Of a stretch of 64,000 nt of DNA, positions 42,242 through 51,587 are shown piece by piece. Under the pieces are notes generated by a model. The model was not told the origin of the DNA and searched no databases. It saw only the letters and a list, made by a program, of their open reading frames with translations. Positions within the stretch are counted from its first letter, which is position 1; each line of letters starts with the position of its first letter. The stretch covers positions 64,001 to 128,000 of the forward strand of contig CAVVUN010000003.1 of assembly GCA_963751455.1 (NCBI GenBank), given 5' to 3'. A program made the position numbers and the translations under genes. Source of the DNA: Nitrospirota bacterium. GTDB lineage: Bacteria; Nitrospirota; UBA9217.

Positions 42242-43255
42242 CTATTTGATAAAGTTGCCCTTGCCGCTTGGCGAGGGCAGGTCCGAACCGTGAATTTGTG
42301 AATGACAATCCGTGCATCGGGTGTAGAAGGCCTGCTTGACTTCGGCCGTCGTAGTACCGTTGATCGCGTGGGACGGATGGCACTGCAGGCAAAGGAACGG
42401 CTCCCGCGCGATCAGCAGATTATTGTTCACCGAACCGTGCGCCGCATGACATACCCGGCAGTCTTCATTGAGGTCCGCATGCTCATACAGGAAAGGCCCT
42501 TCCTTTTCAGCGTGACACTGGGCGCAGGTGGCCTTGATTGTTTCCCGCCTCAGCAGCCCCTTGTCCGCCGACCCGCCATGCGGATCGTGGCAGTCCGTGC
42601 AGAAGACCTTTCGTTCCGGCACCGGGTGATGATTCGGCAGGTTGAAGTCCGCCTTCACCTCCTGGTGGCAGCGTTCGCACATTTCGGCCGTGTCTCTCAA
42701 CCTGACTTTGAGGTTGTGAGAACCGTGGATACGATGGCAGTCGGAGCAGGAAACGTCTGCGATGCTGTGTGTGTTTGCATTCCAGTTATGGAGGTTGAAC
42801 GTCGCGTTGGCCGTATGGCACTTGAGACAGATGAGCGAGCGTGCCTGGGCAGGCAGGTTCTTGATGTCGATGAACGTTTTGTAGTCGCAGGCGGAACGCT
42901 TCCCGGCCTTTGCGTCCGCTTGCATTTTCTGCGGCGTAAGCTGATCGATCGCGAGGCTTCCGGGTCCATGGCAGCTCTCGCAGTTTACAAGCGGCAGTCC
43001 GGATTCTCTCGAAAGCTGCGCGCCCATGGTGGAAAGATCGAAATCGCGCCGGATTTTGTCATGCACGTGGCATGCCCTCAGGCAGTTGTCGGTCCCGATA
43101 TAGTCGGCGTCGAGACGCCCCACGATCATTTTCTCGTACTCCTTGATGGGCAGAATCGGTCGTGACTCCTTGAGCGCAGCACAACCCACGATAAAAAAGG
43201 CGCTCAGGGTGGTACCGATTACCAGCCATGTTTTCCATTTCGAAAAGCGTTCCAT
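42242..43255 (-). CDS. DmsE/MtrA-like decaheme c-type cytochrome, predicted lipoprotein
   Basis: 9 CxxCH plus 1 CxxxCH (CLRACH). MtrA-type linkers CESCHGPGS, CTDCHDPHG, CHAEKEGPFLYEH, CTDCHSQIHGS. Lipobox IVGC. Confidence 0.9.
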   Translation of the reverse strand: MERFSKWKTWLVIGTTLSAFFIVGCAALKESRPILPIKEYEKMIVGRLDADYIGTDNCLRACHVHDKIRRDFDLSTMGAQLSRESGLPLVNCESCHGPGSLAIDQLTPQKMQADAKAGKRSACDYKTFIDIKNLPAQARSLICLKCHTANATFNLHNWNANTHSIADVSCSDCHRIHGSHNLKVRLRDTAEMCERCHQEVKADFNLPNHHPVPERKVFCTDCHDPHGGSADKGLLRRETIKATCAQCHAEKEGPFLYEHADLNEDCRVCHAAHGSVNNNLLIAREPFLCLQCHPSHAINGTTTAEVKQAFYTRCTDCHSQIHGSDLPSPSGKGNFIK

Positions 43256-43285
43256 GTATCGTCAACCTCCTTTACTGAGTGTGGG

Positions 43286-45235
43286 TTAAGGCCGCTCGGA
43301 CGGATCGGAAATTATCGTACCGTTCACATCGTAATAAACTTGATTCAGGAGATACTTCATCGCCCCTTCTTTAGATGAAGCCGGAAGAGAGCCCGTATTT
43401 AAAGTATTTCCCACGGAATAATCCAGCTGATTGTTATCGATCCAGTCAATCGAGTCGTAGATTATCCGTTTTACATATCTACTGTTATGGACATAAGCGC
43501 CCGGCTCGTGATGAAGCATGCTGAAGTTATAGGCGGCGCCGATGTTCTTCTTGCCGGTTGTATTTCCCGTTATATCGGAATCTCCTGGTGACAGATGATA
43601 TGTCTGGGCGAAGTACGGATAACTGGTGATGAATGAATAAGTTGGGGAGCTTATTACGAGCTGGTGTTCGAACGCCTGAAGGGCATATTCGTAGTCCTCA
43701 CGTTCGCGCTCTGTGACTTCTGCCAGCGATGAGCCGGAACCCGCGTGGCAATTAAAGCAGATTTCACTCGAAACGTTTGTTATTTTGCCCGCCGCATCTT
43801 TGCTTATTGGCTGGAAACGATGATTTCCGGATAGGCCCGGCCTTTCCATGTGGCACCCGATACAGGGGCCGCCGTTCCCCGTGTTCGGCACAGCACTTGT
43901 TCCGATCTTGCTGTGTTTGAACGAGGCAGGGTCGCCGTAGCTTCTGCCGGCATATTCATAGGCAGTGCCTTTAAACATGGTGCCCCCCGCCGTGAGGTAA
44001 TGCCCATCAGGCAGACTCATCTTGCTGAAACCCCAGGTGTCCGTGGAGGCTGTTTTTAGACTGGAAATCGCTCTTCCGCTGCCTCGCCCGGTATGGCATG
44101 GCATGCAAATATTGGAAGCGCCGATGTCCGGGTACTGATAAGGCACGTTGGCCAAGGTGGGCGAAATGGCCGGCGGAGGGAATCCGCCCACAGGAATCAT
44201 ATAAGCTGCTTTATACGCGCCGGGATTTCTGAGTGTTCCTCTGTTGTTGGTATGGCAGCCCTTGCAGGTAAGCATTTCTGGCTTGAAACCCGCACTATAT
44301 GCCACGGCGCGCTGGCTTCCAATCCAGAGTTCATCCGCAAAACCGGTATTGCCCTCCTCCAGTGCGTCTATATATGCGGCAAATCCGGTTGTTGTATGAC
44401 AGCGCTGACAAGTCGCCCTGTCTCCGAACGCCCCGCCGCAGTTGGTTGAGTCACAAGACCAGTTATAATGAGCCCATGCATACCAGGCTCCTTTTTCCGC
44501 ATGAGCCGAATTCGCCCATTCCTTGTTTATATCAGCTGTCTTATGCGGATTATGGCAGTCTGTGCAGGCAGTTTCGCTTCCGTAATCCACTGCATAACCA
44601 GTTATGTCCTGACTGTTTGCACCTGCTGACCAGTTTCCAGCCGTTGCAAAGTGAGTATCTGCGATGGTGAATTGTTTACCCGTCGGCGATACAGAGCTGG
44701 CTACGGCATGAGTTGCCGTGACCGTTCCTGTCCCCAATGAATCGAGCAGTTCGTGACAGCTGGTGCACATCGCGAACTGGCCGGAGACCGCAACGGAGCC
44801 GATGGTCTTGGCGGCCGTATTCGAGAGGCGCGATATCGGACCGACGCCGTCGTGGAGACTGCCGCCCCCGTGGCATGCTTCACAACCCACTACCGGTCGT
44901 GCGACCGTTCCGATATAGCTGACCAGGGATACTTTGGCGCTGTCAAAGTTCGGGTCGTGGCAATTTGTGGCACATGACGCCACATCTGTAGTCTTCGGAG
45001 TTCCTGCGCTCTGGACGCCTTCTTCGGCATTTGCATGCTTGCTGGTCATCCAGGCAGCGACAACGTCAGAATGACAACCTGCACAGCCGTCGATGCCGAT
45101 CGTTGCCGCCGATCCGCTCGATCCCAACTGTATCGGCGCCTCCTTTTCGCTTGAGCCGCATCCGCCGAGCAGGGCCGGGGACAGCAGTACAGCGAGTAGA
45201 AGTAACAGCCATCCGCTTTTCCTTCCGTAGTCCAT
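43286..45235 (-). CDS. Multiheme (about 10) c-type cytochrome lipoprotein, OmcB/OmcC-like
   Basis: Lipobox LGGC, 9 CxxCH plus CATNCH. Motifs CQRCHTTTG, SNICMPCHTGR, HYLTAGG, PGAYVHNS.YVKRIIYDSIDW recall Geobacter OmcB (from memory). Confidence 0.85.
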   Translation of the reverse strand: MDYGRKSGWLLLLLAVLLSPALLGGCGSSEKEAPIQLGSSGSAATIGIDGCAGCHSDVVAAWMTSKHANAEEGVQSAGTPKTTDVASCATNCHDPNFDSAKVSLVSYIGTVARPVVGCEACHGGGSLHDGVGPISRLSNTAAKTIGSVAVSGQFAMCTSCHELLDSLGTGTVTATHAVASSVSPTGKQFTIADTHFATAGNWSAGANSQDITGYAVDYGSETACTDCHNPHKTADINKEWANSAHAEKGAWYAWAHYNWSCDSTNCGGAFGDRATCQRCHTTTGFAAYIDALEEGNTGFADELWIGSQRAVAYSAGFKPEMLTCKGCHTNNRGTLRNPGAYKAAYMIPVGGFPPPAISPTLANVPYQYPDIGASNICMPCHTGRGSGRAISSLKTASTDTWGFSKMSLPDGHYLTAGGTMFKGTAYEYAGRSYGDPASFKHSKIGTSAVPNTGNGGPCIGCHMERPGLSGNHRFQPISKDAAGKITNVSSEICFNCHAGSGSSLAEVTEREREDYEYALQAFEHQLVISSPTYSFITSYPYFAQTYHLSPGDSDITGNTTGKKNIGAAYNFSMLHHEPGAYVHNSRYVKRIIYDSIDWIDNNQLDYSVGNTLNTGSLPASSKEGAMKYLLNQVYYDVNGTIISDPSERP

Positions 45236-45316
45236 GTTCCTACCTCCCCTTGTTTAATACGATGGATGACGTCGTTATTGCCTCATCCCTCGTCTGTTTA
45301 TCGCTGGTATGTGGCA

Positions 45317-45982
45317 CTATGCTCCTATCGCCTTTTTTAGATCAAGCAAAATGAATAGCCTTTCGCCTTTGCGCGCTATGCCCTTAAGGAATTCGGCGCC
45401 GTGTTCGATCGTCTCCGGCGCCGGCTTTATTGTGTCCGGGGATATCCGTACGACGCCCGTTACCCGGTCCACCATGATCCCGGCCTCGTCGTCGTCGACG
45501 CTTACAACGACGATTCGCGACTTGTCGTCCCGTGTTCCGGGCGGCAGCCCCAGTCTCCTGCACAGGTCCATGATCGGAAGAATAGGACCTCGGAGCGCCG
45601 TGACGCCCAGGATGTAATCCGGCGCATTCGGCACCGGCGTAAGATCGCGTATCTGGAGCACTTCCTTTACGTCATCAACCAGGACAGCGTATTCTTCCGC
45701 ACCGAGACGGAACGAAAGCATTTCTACTTCCGGAATGTCTTGTATCGGCGCGGCTGCCTCTTCCGCTTCAGCATCCGGCGTTAACGCCGTTTCAGAAAGG
45801 GCTGTTGACGTTTCAATAACAGTCTGCTCTGCGGCATCAGCTGAACCCGCAGTCTTGACCGGCGCCTGCGGAGCCTCGGAGAATTGCCGCTCCACACCCG
45901 GAGATTTCTGCTCTTCAGTCTGATTGTCTTTTCGGGCCTGTGCCCGTTCAGCCGCCTTTTTCCGTGCAGCAAGGATATCCAT
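45317..45982 (-). CDS. cheW: CheW with an acidic N-terminal extension
   Basis: LSFRLGAEEYA, LGVTALRGPILPIMDL, GIMVDRV. Confidence 0.92.
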   Translation of the reverse strand: MDILAARKKAAERAQARKDNQTEEQKSPGVERQFSEAPQAPVKTAGSADAAEQTVIETSTALSETALTPDAEAEEAAAPIQDIPEVEMLSFRLGAEEYAVLVDDVKEVLQIRDLTPVPNAPDYILGVTALRGPILPIMDLCRRLGLPPGTRDDKSRIVVVSVDDDEAGIMVDRVTGVVRISPDTIKPAPETIEHGAEFLKGIARKGERLFILLDLKKAIGA

Positions 45983-45990
45983 AAATGCAC

Positions 45991-46077
45991 TTCCTGGTTT
46001 ATCTGGTTTTTCTGGTTCTCTGGTTTATCTGGTTTGAAACCCAAGAACCAAATAAACCGAATGAACCGAACAAACCT
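45991..46077. repeat. 9-bp periodic tandem repeats arranged as an inverted pair
   Basis: Five (t/c)ctggtt(t/c)n units followed by aaccaaata/aaccgaatg/aaccgaaca units. Confidence 0.65.
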
Positions 46078-46086
46078 GTCTTAATA

Positions 46087-46881
46087 CTATGCATCTCTTA
46101 CCACGCTCTCGATGATATCCGGCCCGATCACGGCCGCTCCCTTGCCGAAACCCTCGAGGAGCGCATTGCCGGCAATAATATTGATCCTCCGCGGCACGCC
46201 GCCCGAGTGTTCGAACACGAGCACGAGCGCATCATCGTCAAAGAGCGGGAGTTGTCTGCCCGCCACGCTCAGCCGGTGTCTTATATATTCCTTCACCTCG
46301 TCCGCATTCAACGGACCGAGATGGTACTGCATTCCGATGCGCTGCCGCAGCGCGCCGTATTGGCGTCGATTGAGACGCTCTTTGAGCTCGCTTTGCCCGA
46401 TAAGCACCAGCGCGATCAGGTTCCGGTCATCGAGCTGGAAATTCGTGAGGAGCCTGAGTTCCTCAAAAGTGGCACGCCCCGGTATGAGCTGCGCCTCGTC
46501 GATAATAAGCACCGGCCGCTTGCCCGCCTCGAACAGCTCGTACAGTTTCGCATTGATGCCCTCCAGCATACCGTGCCGGTAACGGCTCGTATCGTCCATC
46601 CCGAGCCGTAAAGCCACCGTCCTCAGGAGCTGCGACGGCGACAGGCGCGGATTGATTACGAGCGCCGGATGATAGCTGTCGTCGAGCGAATCGATGAGCG
46701 CCCTCGACAGCGTGGTCTTGCCTGAACCGATTTCGCCGGTCAGGAGCACGATATCCTGCTCGTCCACAGCGTGCTGAAGCCTGGCCAGCGCTTCCGCGTG
46801 TTTTGCGCTATGGTACAGGAACCGGGGATCAGGCGTTTTGTTGAACGGTTTTTCCGTTAATCCGTAAAATTCTTCGTACAT
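46087..46881 (-). CDS. ExeA/GspA-family AAA ATPase
   Basis: MYEEFYGLTEKPF..PDPRFLY, Walker A GEIGSGKT, Walker B IIDEAQ, LIGQSEL, SGGVPRRIN. Confidence 0.92.
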   Translation of the reverse strand: MYEEFYGLTEKPFNKTPDPRFLYHSAKHAEALARLQHAVDEQDIVLLTGEIGSGKTTLSRALIDSLDDSYHPALVINPRLSPSQLLRTVALRLGMDDTSRYRHGMLEGINAKLYELFEAGKRPVLIIDEAQLIPGRATFEELRLLTNFQLDDRNLIALVLIGQSELKERLNRRQYGALRQRIGMQYHLGPLNADEVKEYIRHRLSVAGRQLPLFDDDALVLVFEHSGGVPRRINIIAGNALLEGFGKGAAVIGPDIIESVVRDA

Positions 46882-46884
46882 AAC

Positions 46885-47045
46885 CCTTGATTCCCGTCCC
46901 TGATTCCCTCTGCCGCTTTTGGAGCAGAGGTACAACAAAGGGTCTACGTCTTACCCGCTCCCCAGGGAGAGGGTACTATAACGGGTCTAAGCCTCACCTT
47001 GATTCCCGTCCCTGATTCCCTCTGCCGCTCATCAGGCAGAGATAC
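46885..47045. repeat. CCTTGATTCCCGT / GGGTCTA structured repeat cluster
   Basis: Exact 33-bp direct repeat at 46885-46917 and 46997-47029, internal hairpins, related units at 49118-49245. Confidence 0.75.
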
Positions 47046-47108
47046 ATAAGCGAACTAGCAAACCGGAAGATCAGCGTAGTTTGAGTTTGATATTTGGAAT
47101 TTACGCTC

Positions 47109-49112
47109 CTATGCCCGCACGGTCTGCGTCCGCTTGATTGCTCCTTCTATTAATGACTCGACGTCAAGGACAAGAACCACGCCGCGCTTGTCCCCGAGTT
47201 CGGTTGCACCTGCGATCCCGGGCAAGTCCGAGAGCCGCTTGCCGAGCGGTTTTATGACGATTTCCTGCTGGTCGCGCAGACCCTCGACGACAATCCCGAG
47301 GCGGCGTTCCGCCAACCCGACCAGGATGATATAAACCGCTGACTTCGCGGTATCACGGGGGATTTTGAATACGTGCGTGAGCCTGATGAGCGGCACCGTC
47401 TCTTCCCGGAGTGCTATGACCTCGCGCGTTTCGACGGTCTCTATCCGGTCGTCGGTCGTCTGCAGAATCTCAAGCACGGAGCTGAGCGGGACCGCAAACA
47501 CCTGTCCGCCGGCCTCAACGATAAGCGCCTTTATGATTGCAAGCGTAATGGGCAGCGTCAAAGTAAACGCCGTTCCGCTGCCGGACTCCGTTTCTATGTC
47601 GATCATGCCCGAAAGCTTGGACAGATTTTTCTTCACCACGTCCATGCCGACGCCGCGTCCCGATATCTCAGTCACCGTCTCTCGCGTCGTAAATCCCGGG
47701 ACAAAAATGAGATCGAGTATCTCCTTGCGGTCCGTCTCGGCATTCAGTCCGTTGTCCGGATCAAGCACTCCTTTTTCGACTGCCTTTGCCAGAATGGTGC
47801 GCGGATCCATGCCGGCGCCGTCGTCTTCAACCGTTATTACGACGTGATTTCCTTTCGGATGAGCTGAGAGCTTTACAATTCCCTGCTCGGCCTTTCCGCT
47901 TTGCTTCCGCACTTCAGGCGGCTCGATGCCGTGATCGATCGCGTTCCTGATAAGATGCATGAGCGGGTCGGCCAGATCTTCGATCATCAGCTTGTCCAGC
48001 TCGGTCTCCTCGCCGGAGAGCTGAAGATCGATCTCTTTTCCGGAGTCTTTCGCATATTTTCTCACCATCTGCGCCAGCCGTGTAAATATCTGTCCGATGG
48101 GAACCATCCGTACTTCGAGAATTCCTTCCTGCAGCTCGTTCAGCTTTCTTTCGAGGTTGCGGTGCGCCTTCTGAAGGTCGGCCGAAACAGCTGCGCAGCC
48201 CTCGATGTTCCTCAGCTCTTTCGCGATACGGACAATCATCGTCTTGGTCAAGTGCATCTCTCCGACAGTGTTCATGAGGCTGTCCAGCTTGTATATATCA
48301 ACCCTGACGGTATTGCTCACGGACCGAAGCTGTCCTGCCTCCGGCCTCAATTCATCGGTCCGGCGCTCATCGAGATAGGACACCTGGCTGATTTTCGCAT
48401 TCGGGAGATCCATGGACGCGGAAATATCCTCGAGCGTCTTTCCGGACCCGGCCATGATCGTAAATCCGATCCCTCCCCCTGCGCTGCCCGCAGTCGGCAG
48501 GGTGCAGATTATTTCGGCGTTTTTCTTCAGCCTCTCGTTCAGCGTTTTAATACCCGCTTCAAACTCGGAAAGGTCGAAGGTCGCCTTGATCGTGAACAGG
48601 TTTTTGCGTTCCCGTATGTTTTCTTTGAGCCGGTACTCCTCATATTCGGTCAGCACCTGAAGAAGTCCCCGCTCGATATCGATCATTTCGAGAAGGGAGC
48701 GGTCGGTGCCGCCGGCTGGTTTCGCCTTCATGATGCTGTCGATCCGGTCGAGAGCGGACGATATGTCCTCGGGTTCGCGTTTCCGGGAGACCTGCTGCAC
48801 CATTCGGCCGAGCAGCGCCACGGTTTCAAAAAGCATATCGAGCATGGCCCGGGAAAGCCCGATCTTTCCAAGGCGCATTTCGTCCAGCAGGAATTCCAGC
48901 TTGTGGGACAAGTCGGAGTGCGCTTTGAGCTCGAACATTCCGGCAAGGCCCTTGAACGAATGGATCGCCCGAAAGAGCGCGTTCACGAGTTCGGGCGCGG
49001 ATCGACCGGCCGCCTGCTCGGCCTCAAGGGCGAGGAGCGTCTGGGTTGCTGTCTCGAGAATGTCCTCGGCCTCTGCGAGAAAGTCTTTTATGGAACGGTC
49101 TGGTTTTGCCAT
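47109..49112 (-). CDS. cheA: Chemotaxis histidine kinase CheA
   Basis: Hpt LFRAIHSFKG, RMVP, HLIRNAIDHGIE, ISGRGVGMDVV, C-terminal CheW domain. Confidence 0.96.
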   Translation of the reverse strand: MAKPDRSIKDFLAEAEDILETATQTLLALEAEQAAGRSAPELVNALFRAIHSFKGLAGMFELKAHSDLSHKLEFLLDEMRLGKIGLSRAMLDMLFETVALLGRMVQQVSRKREPEDISSALDRIDSIMKAKPAGGTDRSLLEMIDIERGLLQVLTEYEEYRLKENIRERKNLFTIKATFDLSEFEAGIKTLNERLKKNAEIICTLPTAGSAGGGIGFTIMAGSGKTLEDISASMDLPNAKISQVSYLDERRTDELRPEAGQLRSVSNTVRVDIYKLDSLMNTVGEMHLTKTMIVRIAKELRNIEGCAAVSADLQKAHRNLERKLNELQEGILEVRMVPIGQIFTRLAQMVRKYAKDSGKEIDLQLSGEETELDKLMIEDLADPLMHLIRNAIDHGIEPPEVRKQSGKAEQGIVKLSAHPKGNHVVITVEDDGAGMDPRTILAKAVEKGVLDPDNGLNAETDRKEILDLIFVPGFTTRETVTEISGRGVGMDVVKKNLSKLSGMIDIETESGSGTAFTLTLPITLAIIKALIVEAGGQVFAVPLSSVLEILQTTDDRIETVETREVIALREETVPLIRLTHVFKIPRDTAKSAVYIILVGLAERRLGIVVEGLRDQQEIVIKPLGKRLSDLPGIAGATELGDKRGVVLVLDVESLIEGAIKRTQTVRA

Positions 49113-49117
49113 AATAC

Positions 49118-49245
49118 CCTTGATTCCCGTCTCGCGATTCTAAGCGAGATGGTACGACAATGAGTCTAAGCTTTACCTTGATTCCCGTCTTGCGGTCCTT
49201 GATTCCCGTTGCACGTTTCTCAGTGCGATCAAAGGGTCTACGCCT
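49118..49245. repeat. CCTTGATTCCCGT / GGGTCTA structured repeat cluster
   Basis: CCTTGATTCCCGT at 49118, 49176 and 49197. Stem ccgtctcgc/gcgagatgg followed by tacgacaa-tgagtctaagc. Confidence 0.75.
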
Positions 49246-49289
49246 TTCTCAGCGAATCGGCAGTCAATGCCGGATGCATTCCGTAATTG

Positions 49290-49661
49290 TTATGCTTCTG
49301 CCAGCACCCGCTTCACCATCGTCATCAACTCTTGTTTCGTAAACGGCTTGATGACATAACCTGATGCGCCGAGCGCCAGGCCGCGTTTTTTGTCCTCTTC
49401 GCTCTTTTCCGTGCTTACAATGACCAGGGGAATATTCTTATACGCCGGATTTGACTTCACGAACCCGATCAGCTCCAGCCCATTGATGTCCGGCATATTG
49501 ATATCGGTAATGATAAGGTCGAAGGCGCGGGTCGGGAGCGTTTTCAGCGCCTCAAACCCGTTTCCTGCTTCGACCGCGTAGAATTCACCCGCCTCTTCCA
49601 GAGAGACCCGAATCATCGAGCGTATGGCCTTTGAGTCCTCGACGATCAGAACGTTCTTCAT
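49290..49661 (-). CDS. cheY: Single-domain response regulator CheY
   Basis: LIVEDS, TDINMP, VST, KPF. Upstream of cheA. Confidence 0.92.
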   Translation of the reverse strand: MKNVLIVEDSKAIRSMIRVSLEEAGEFYAVEAGNGFEALKTLPTRAFDLIITDINMPDINGLELIGFVKSNPAYKNIPLVIVSTEKSEEDKKRGLALGASGYVIKPFTKQELMTMVKRVLAEA

Positions 49662-50803
49662 TTTCTCTCCTTCTGAAGCTCCGCCAGTCTCTTTTCCAGA
49701 AGGGCTTTTTCCAGGGCCATACCGGCCTGGTTCATGAATATCTCCAGCGTGTCCATTCCCTTAATGGCCTTTCGGTCCGGCAGATTGTCCCCATAGACAA
49801 CGAGTGCCACCTTGCCGTCGACAACGAGGGGGATGGCAATCACGGCCTCGGGCATCATCCCGCCGAGTTCGTTCAACAGATACTTGTTGCTCTCGTTCTG
49901 CTCAATCGGGCCCAGGTAGCTCCGGCGGCTCTCGATAACTTTAAAAAAAAGCGACGGCTGATTCATGGGAATCTTAATATTGCGCACAACCTGGTCCGCG
50001 GACTGATCTTTAAGCTCGATGCCGAACTGGCCGAGACCGCGCACTTCATCTTTCTTTACCATGAAGAGGACCGCGCGGTTTACAACCTCGCTCGCATACC
50101 GCAGAATGAGGAGCGTGACCTCTGCTGTCGCAGTCGGAAACCGCAGCTCATCAAACATGGACTTGAGCGTGCTGAGCTCTCTTTGAGGCTCTTCTGTTTC
50201 GATGCGCGTTCGAAATTCTTCTTTTGCGGGTTCATAGCTGAGATGGTGGTGTGCAGGGGGTGTTTTTGCGGGCTGGGCAGGCCGCGGCATCCCTTTTCGT
50301 TTTTCATCAAGGATGCGCGTGCCTTCCATCAGCAGATATTCCGCGCTGATTCCGGATTTAAGAAGGAATTCCTGAGTATCGATCTCGATCTTGTCCTTCG
50401 GCGCAATCTCGCCGAGTTCGAAATTAAAAAAGCCTTCTTCCCAGGAAAGAAGGTCGTAGATTATCTCCTCGATCTGCTTGCGTACGACGCTTTCGAGCGT
50501 CTGGGGCGGCACTGCGCCCATCTTCACAAGAATCATTCCGAGGGGTTTGTCAATCTCACGTTTCTGGATCGACAGCGCTTCCGATAAGAGAGATTCCGTG
50601 ACCATGCCCTGGGATACGAGAATATTCCCAAGCGAGTCCCTGATGCTGTCGCTGGCGGCCTGTATAACCTGACCGTCTTTAAAGACAACCATCCCGGTAC
50701 CCTTGCGACTGCGAACAATCAGTGTGCCGGTTTTTTTACTCAGACTGATAATCTGGAAGATATCCGGCAGGGCAAGGTCTTCCAGTCTGCCTACAAGGCT
50801 CAT
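49658..50803 (-). CDS. DUF4388 (PATAN-like) plus GAF-like domain protein
   Basis: MSLVGRLEDLALPDIFQII..KKTGTL, WEEGFFNF, C-terminal AIPLVVDGKVALVVYGD. Confidence 0.85.
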   Translation of the reverse strand: MSLVGRLEDLALPDIFQIISLSKKTGTLIVRSRKGTGMVVFKDGQVIQAASDSIRDSLGNILVSQGMVTESLLSEALSIQKREIDKPLGMILVKMGAVPPQTLESVVRKQIEEIIYDLLSWEEGFFNFELGEIAPKDKIEIDTQEFLLKSGISAEYLLMEGTRILDEKRKGMPRPAQPAKTPPAHHHLSYEPAKEEFRTRIETEEPQRELSTLKSMFDELRFPTATAEVTLLILRYASEVVNRAVLFMVKKDEVRGLGQFGIELKDQSADQVVRNIKIPMNQPSLFFKVIESRRSYLGPIEQNESNKYLLNELGGMMPEAVIAIPLVVDGKVALVVYGDNLPDRKAIKGMDTLEIFMNQAGMALEKALLEKRLAELQKERK

Positions 50804-50832
50804 GAATTCTCCATTTTAAGCATTGTCGACAA

Positions 50833-50860
50833 ATTATAGCAATTTTAGGGAAAAATGCAA
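50833..50860 (-). promoter_or_regulatory. Sigma70 promoter of the chemosensory-cytochrome cluster
   Basis: TTGCAT-16 nt-TATAAT with a TGn extension, in AT-rich DNA 30 nt upstream of the first ATG. Confidence 0.6.
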
Positions 50861-51034
50861 GATTTAATAATTGGTTAGGGCTAATCCAGAATTTAGAGGG
50901 GAGGCGACTTAGGTTTTATATCATTGAATACTTTGAAATTAGAAAATTATGGCAATAGATTTTATAAAATTACAGTTAAATCCGAAATGCAGACAATAAC
51001 GGTTTACGCAAATAGTTTCTGGTTTTCCATCTGC

Positions 51035-51532
51035 CTACGTACTGCGGTAATTTTCGAATTGAAGTTCGATCCCGAAATCCCTGCCTTTTAAAAGCTGGAT
51101 CGCTGTCTGCAATTCATCCCTGCTTTTGCCGGACACGCGGACCTGGTCTGCCTGGATCGAGGCCTGGACTTTCAGCTTGGCGTCCTTGATCGCCTTCACA
51201 ACCTCTTTGGCCTTCTCCGTGGGGAGACCCTGCTGCAGCGTCACCTTCTGGCGTACAGTCCCGGCTAACGCTGCCTCGACTTTGGCGAAGGAGAGGTTCT
51301 TGAGCGGAACACCGCGCTTTACAAGCTTCGTCTGCAGTATATCTACCACGCTCTTGAGCTTATACTCGTCGTCTGAAATGATCACAAGCGCGTCCTTCTC
51401 CTGCGTAATGTTCGATTTGCTGCCCTTGAAATCGAACCGCTGGCCGATCTCCTTCATCGCCTGACTTACCGCGTTCGTCACTTCCGCCATATCGATCTTC
51501 GAAACCACGTCAAATGAATTTTCAGCAGCCAT
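51035..51532 (-). CDS. yajQ: YajQ family nucleotide/c-di-GMP-binding protein
   Basis: [32 protein letters not shown]. Confidence 0.95.
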   Translation of the reverse strand: MAAENSFDVVSKIDMAEVTNAVSQAMKEIGQRFDFKGSKSNITQEKDALVIISDDEYKLKSVVDILQTKLVKRGVPLKNLSFAKVEAALAGTVRQKVTLQQGLPTEKAKEVVKAIKDAKLKVQASIQADQVRVSGKSRDELQTAIQLLKGRDFGIELQFENYRST

Positions 51533-51587
51533 GGTGACCTCCTTGAGGCAAGCTTCAAATCATAGCACCAAAATTAAACACGTTTTT

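Noticed and set aside
45985-46611. ORF with a periodic N-terminus (PNKPNEPNKP)
   Set aside because: Translation of the 9-bp intergenic repeat plus the antisense of the ExeA-like gene.
46885-47045. CRISPR array (33-bp direct repeat) or c-di-GMP-I riboswitch (GGGTCTAAG)
   Set aside because: Only two full repeats with a structured 79-nt gap and no cas genes. The GGCAAA..GAAA..ACGCAAA P1 elements are missing, and the motif is antisense to the operon.
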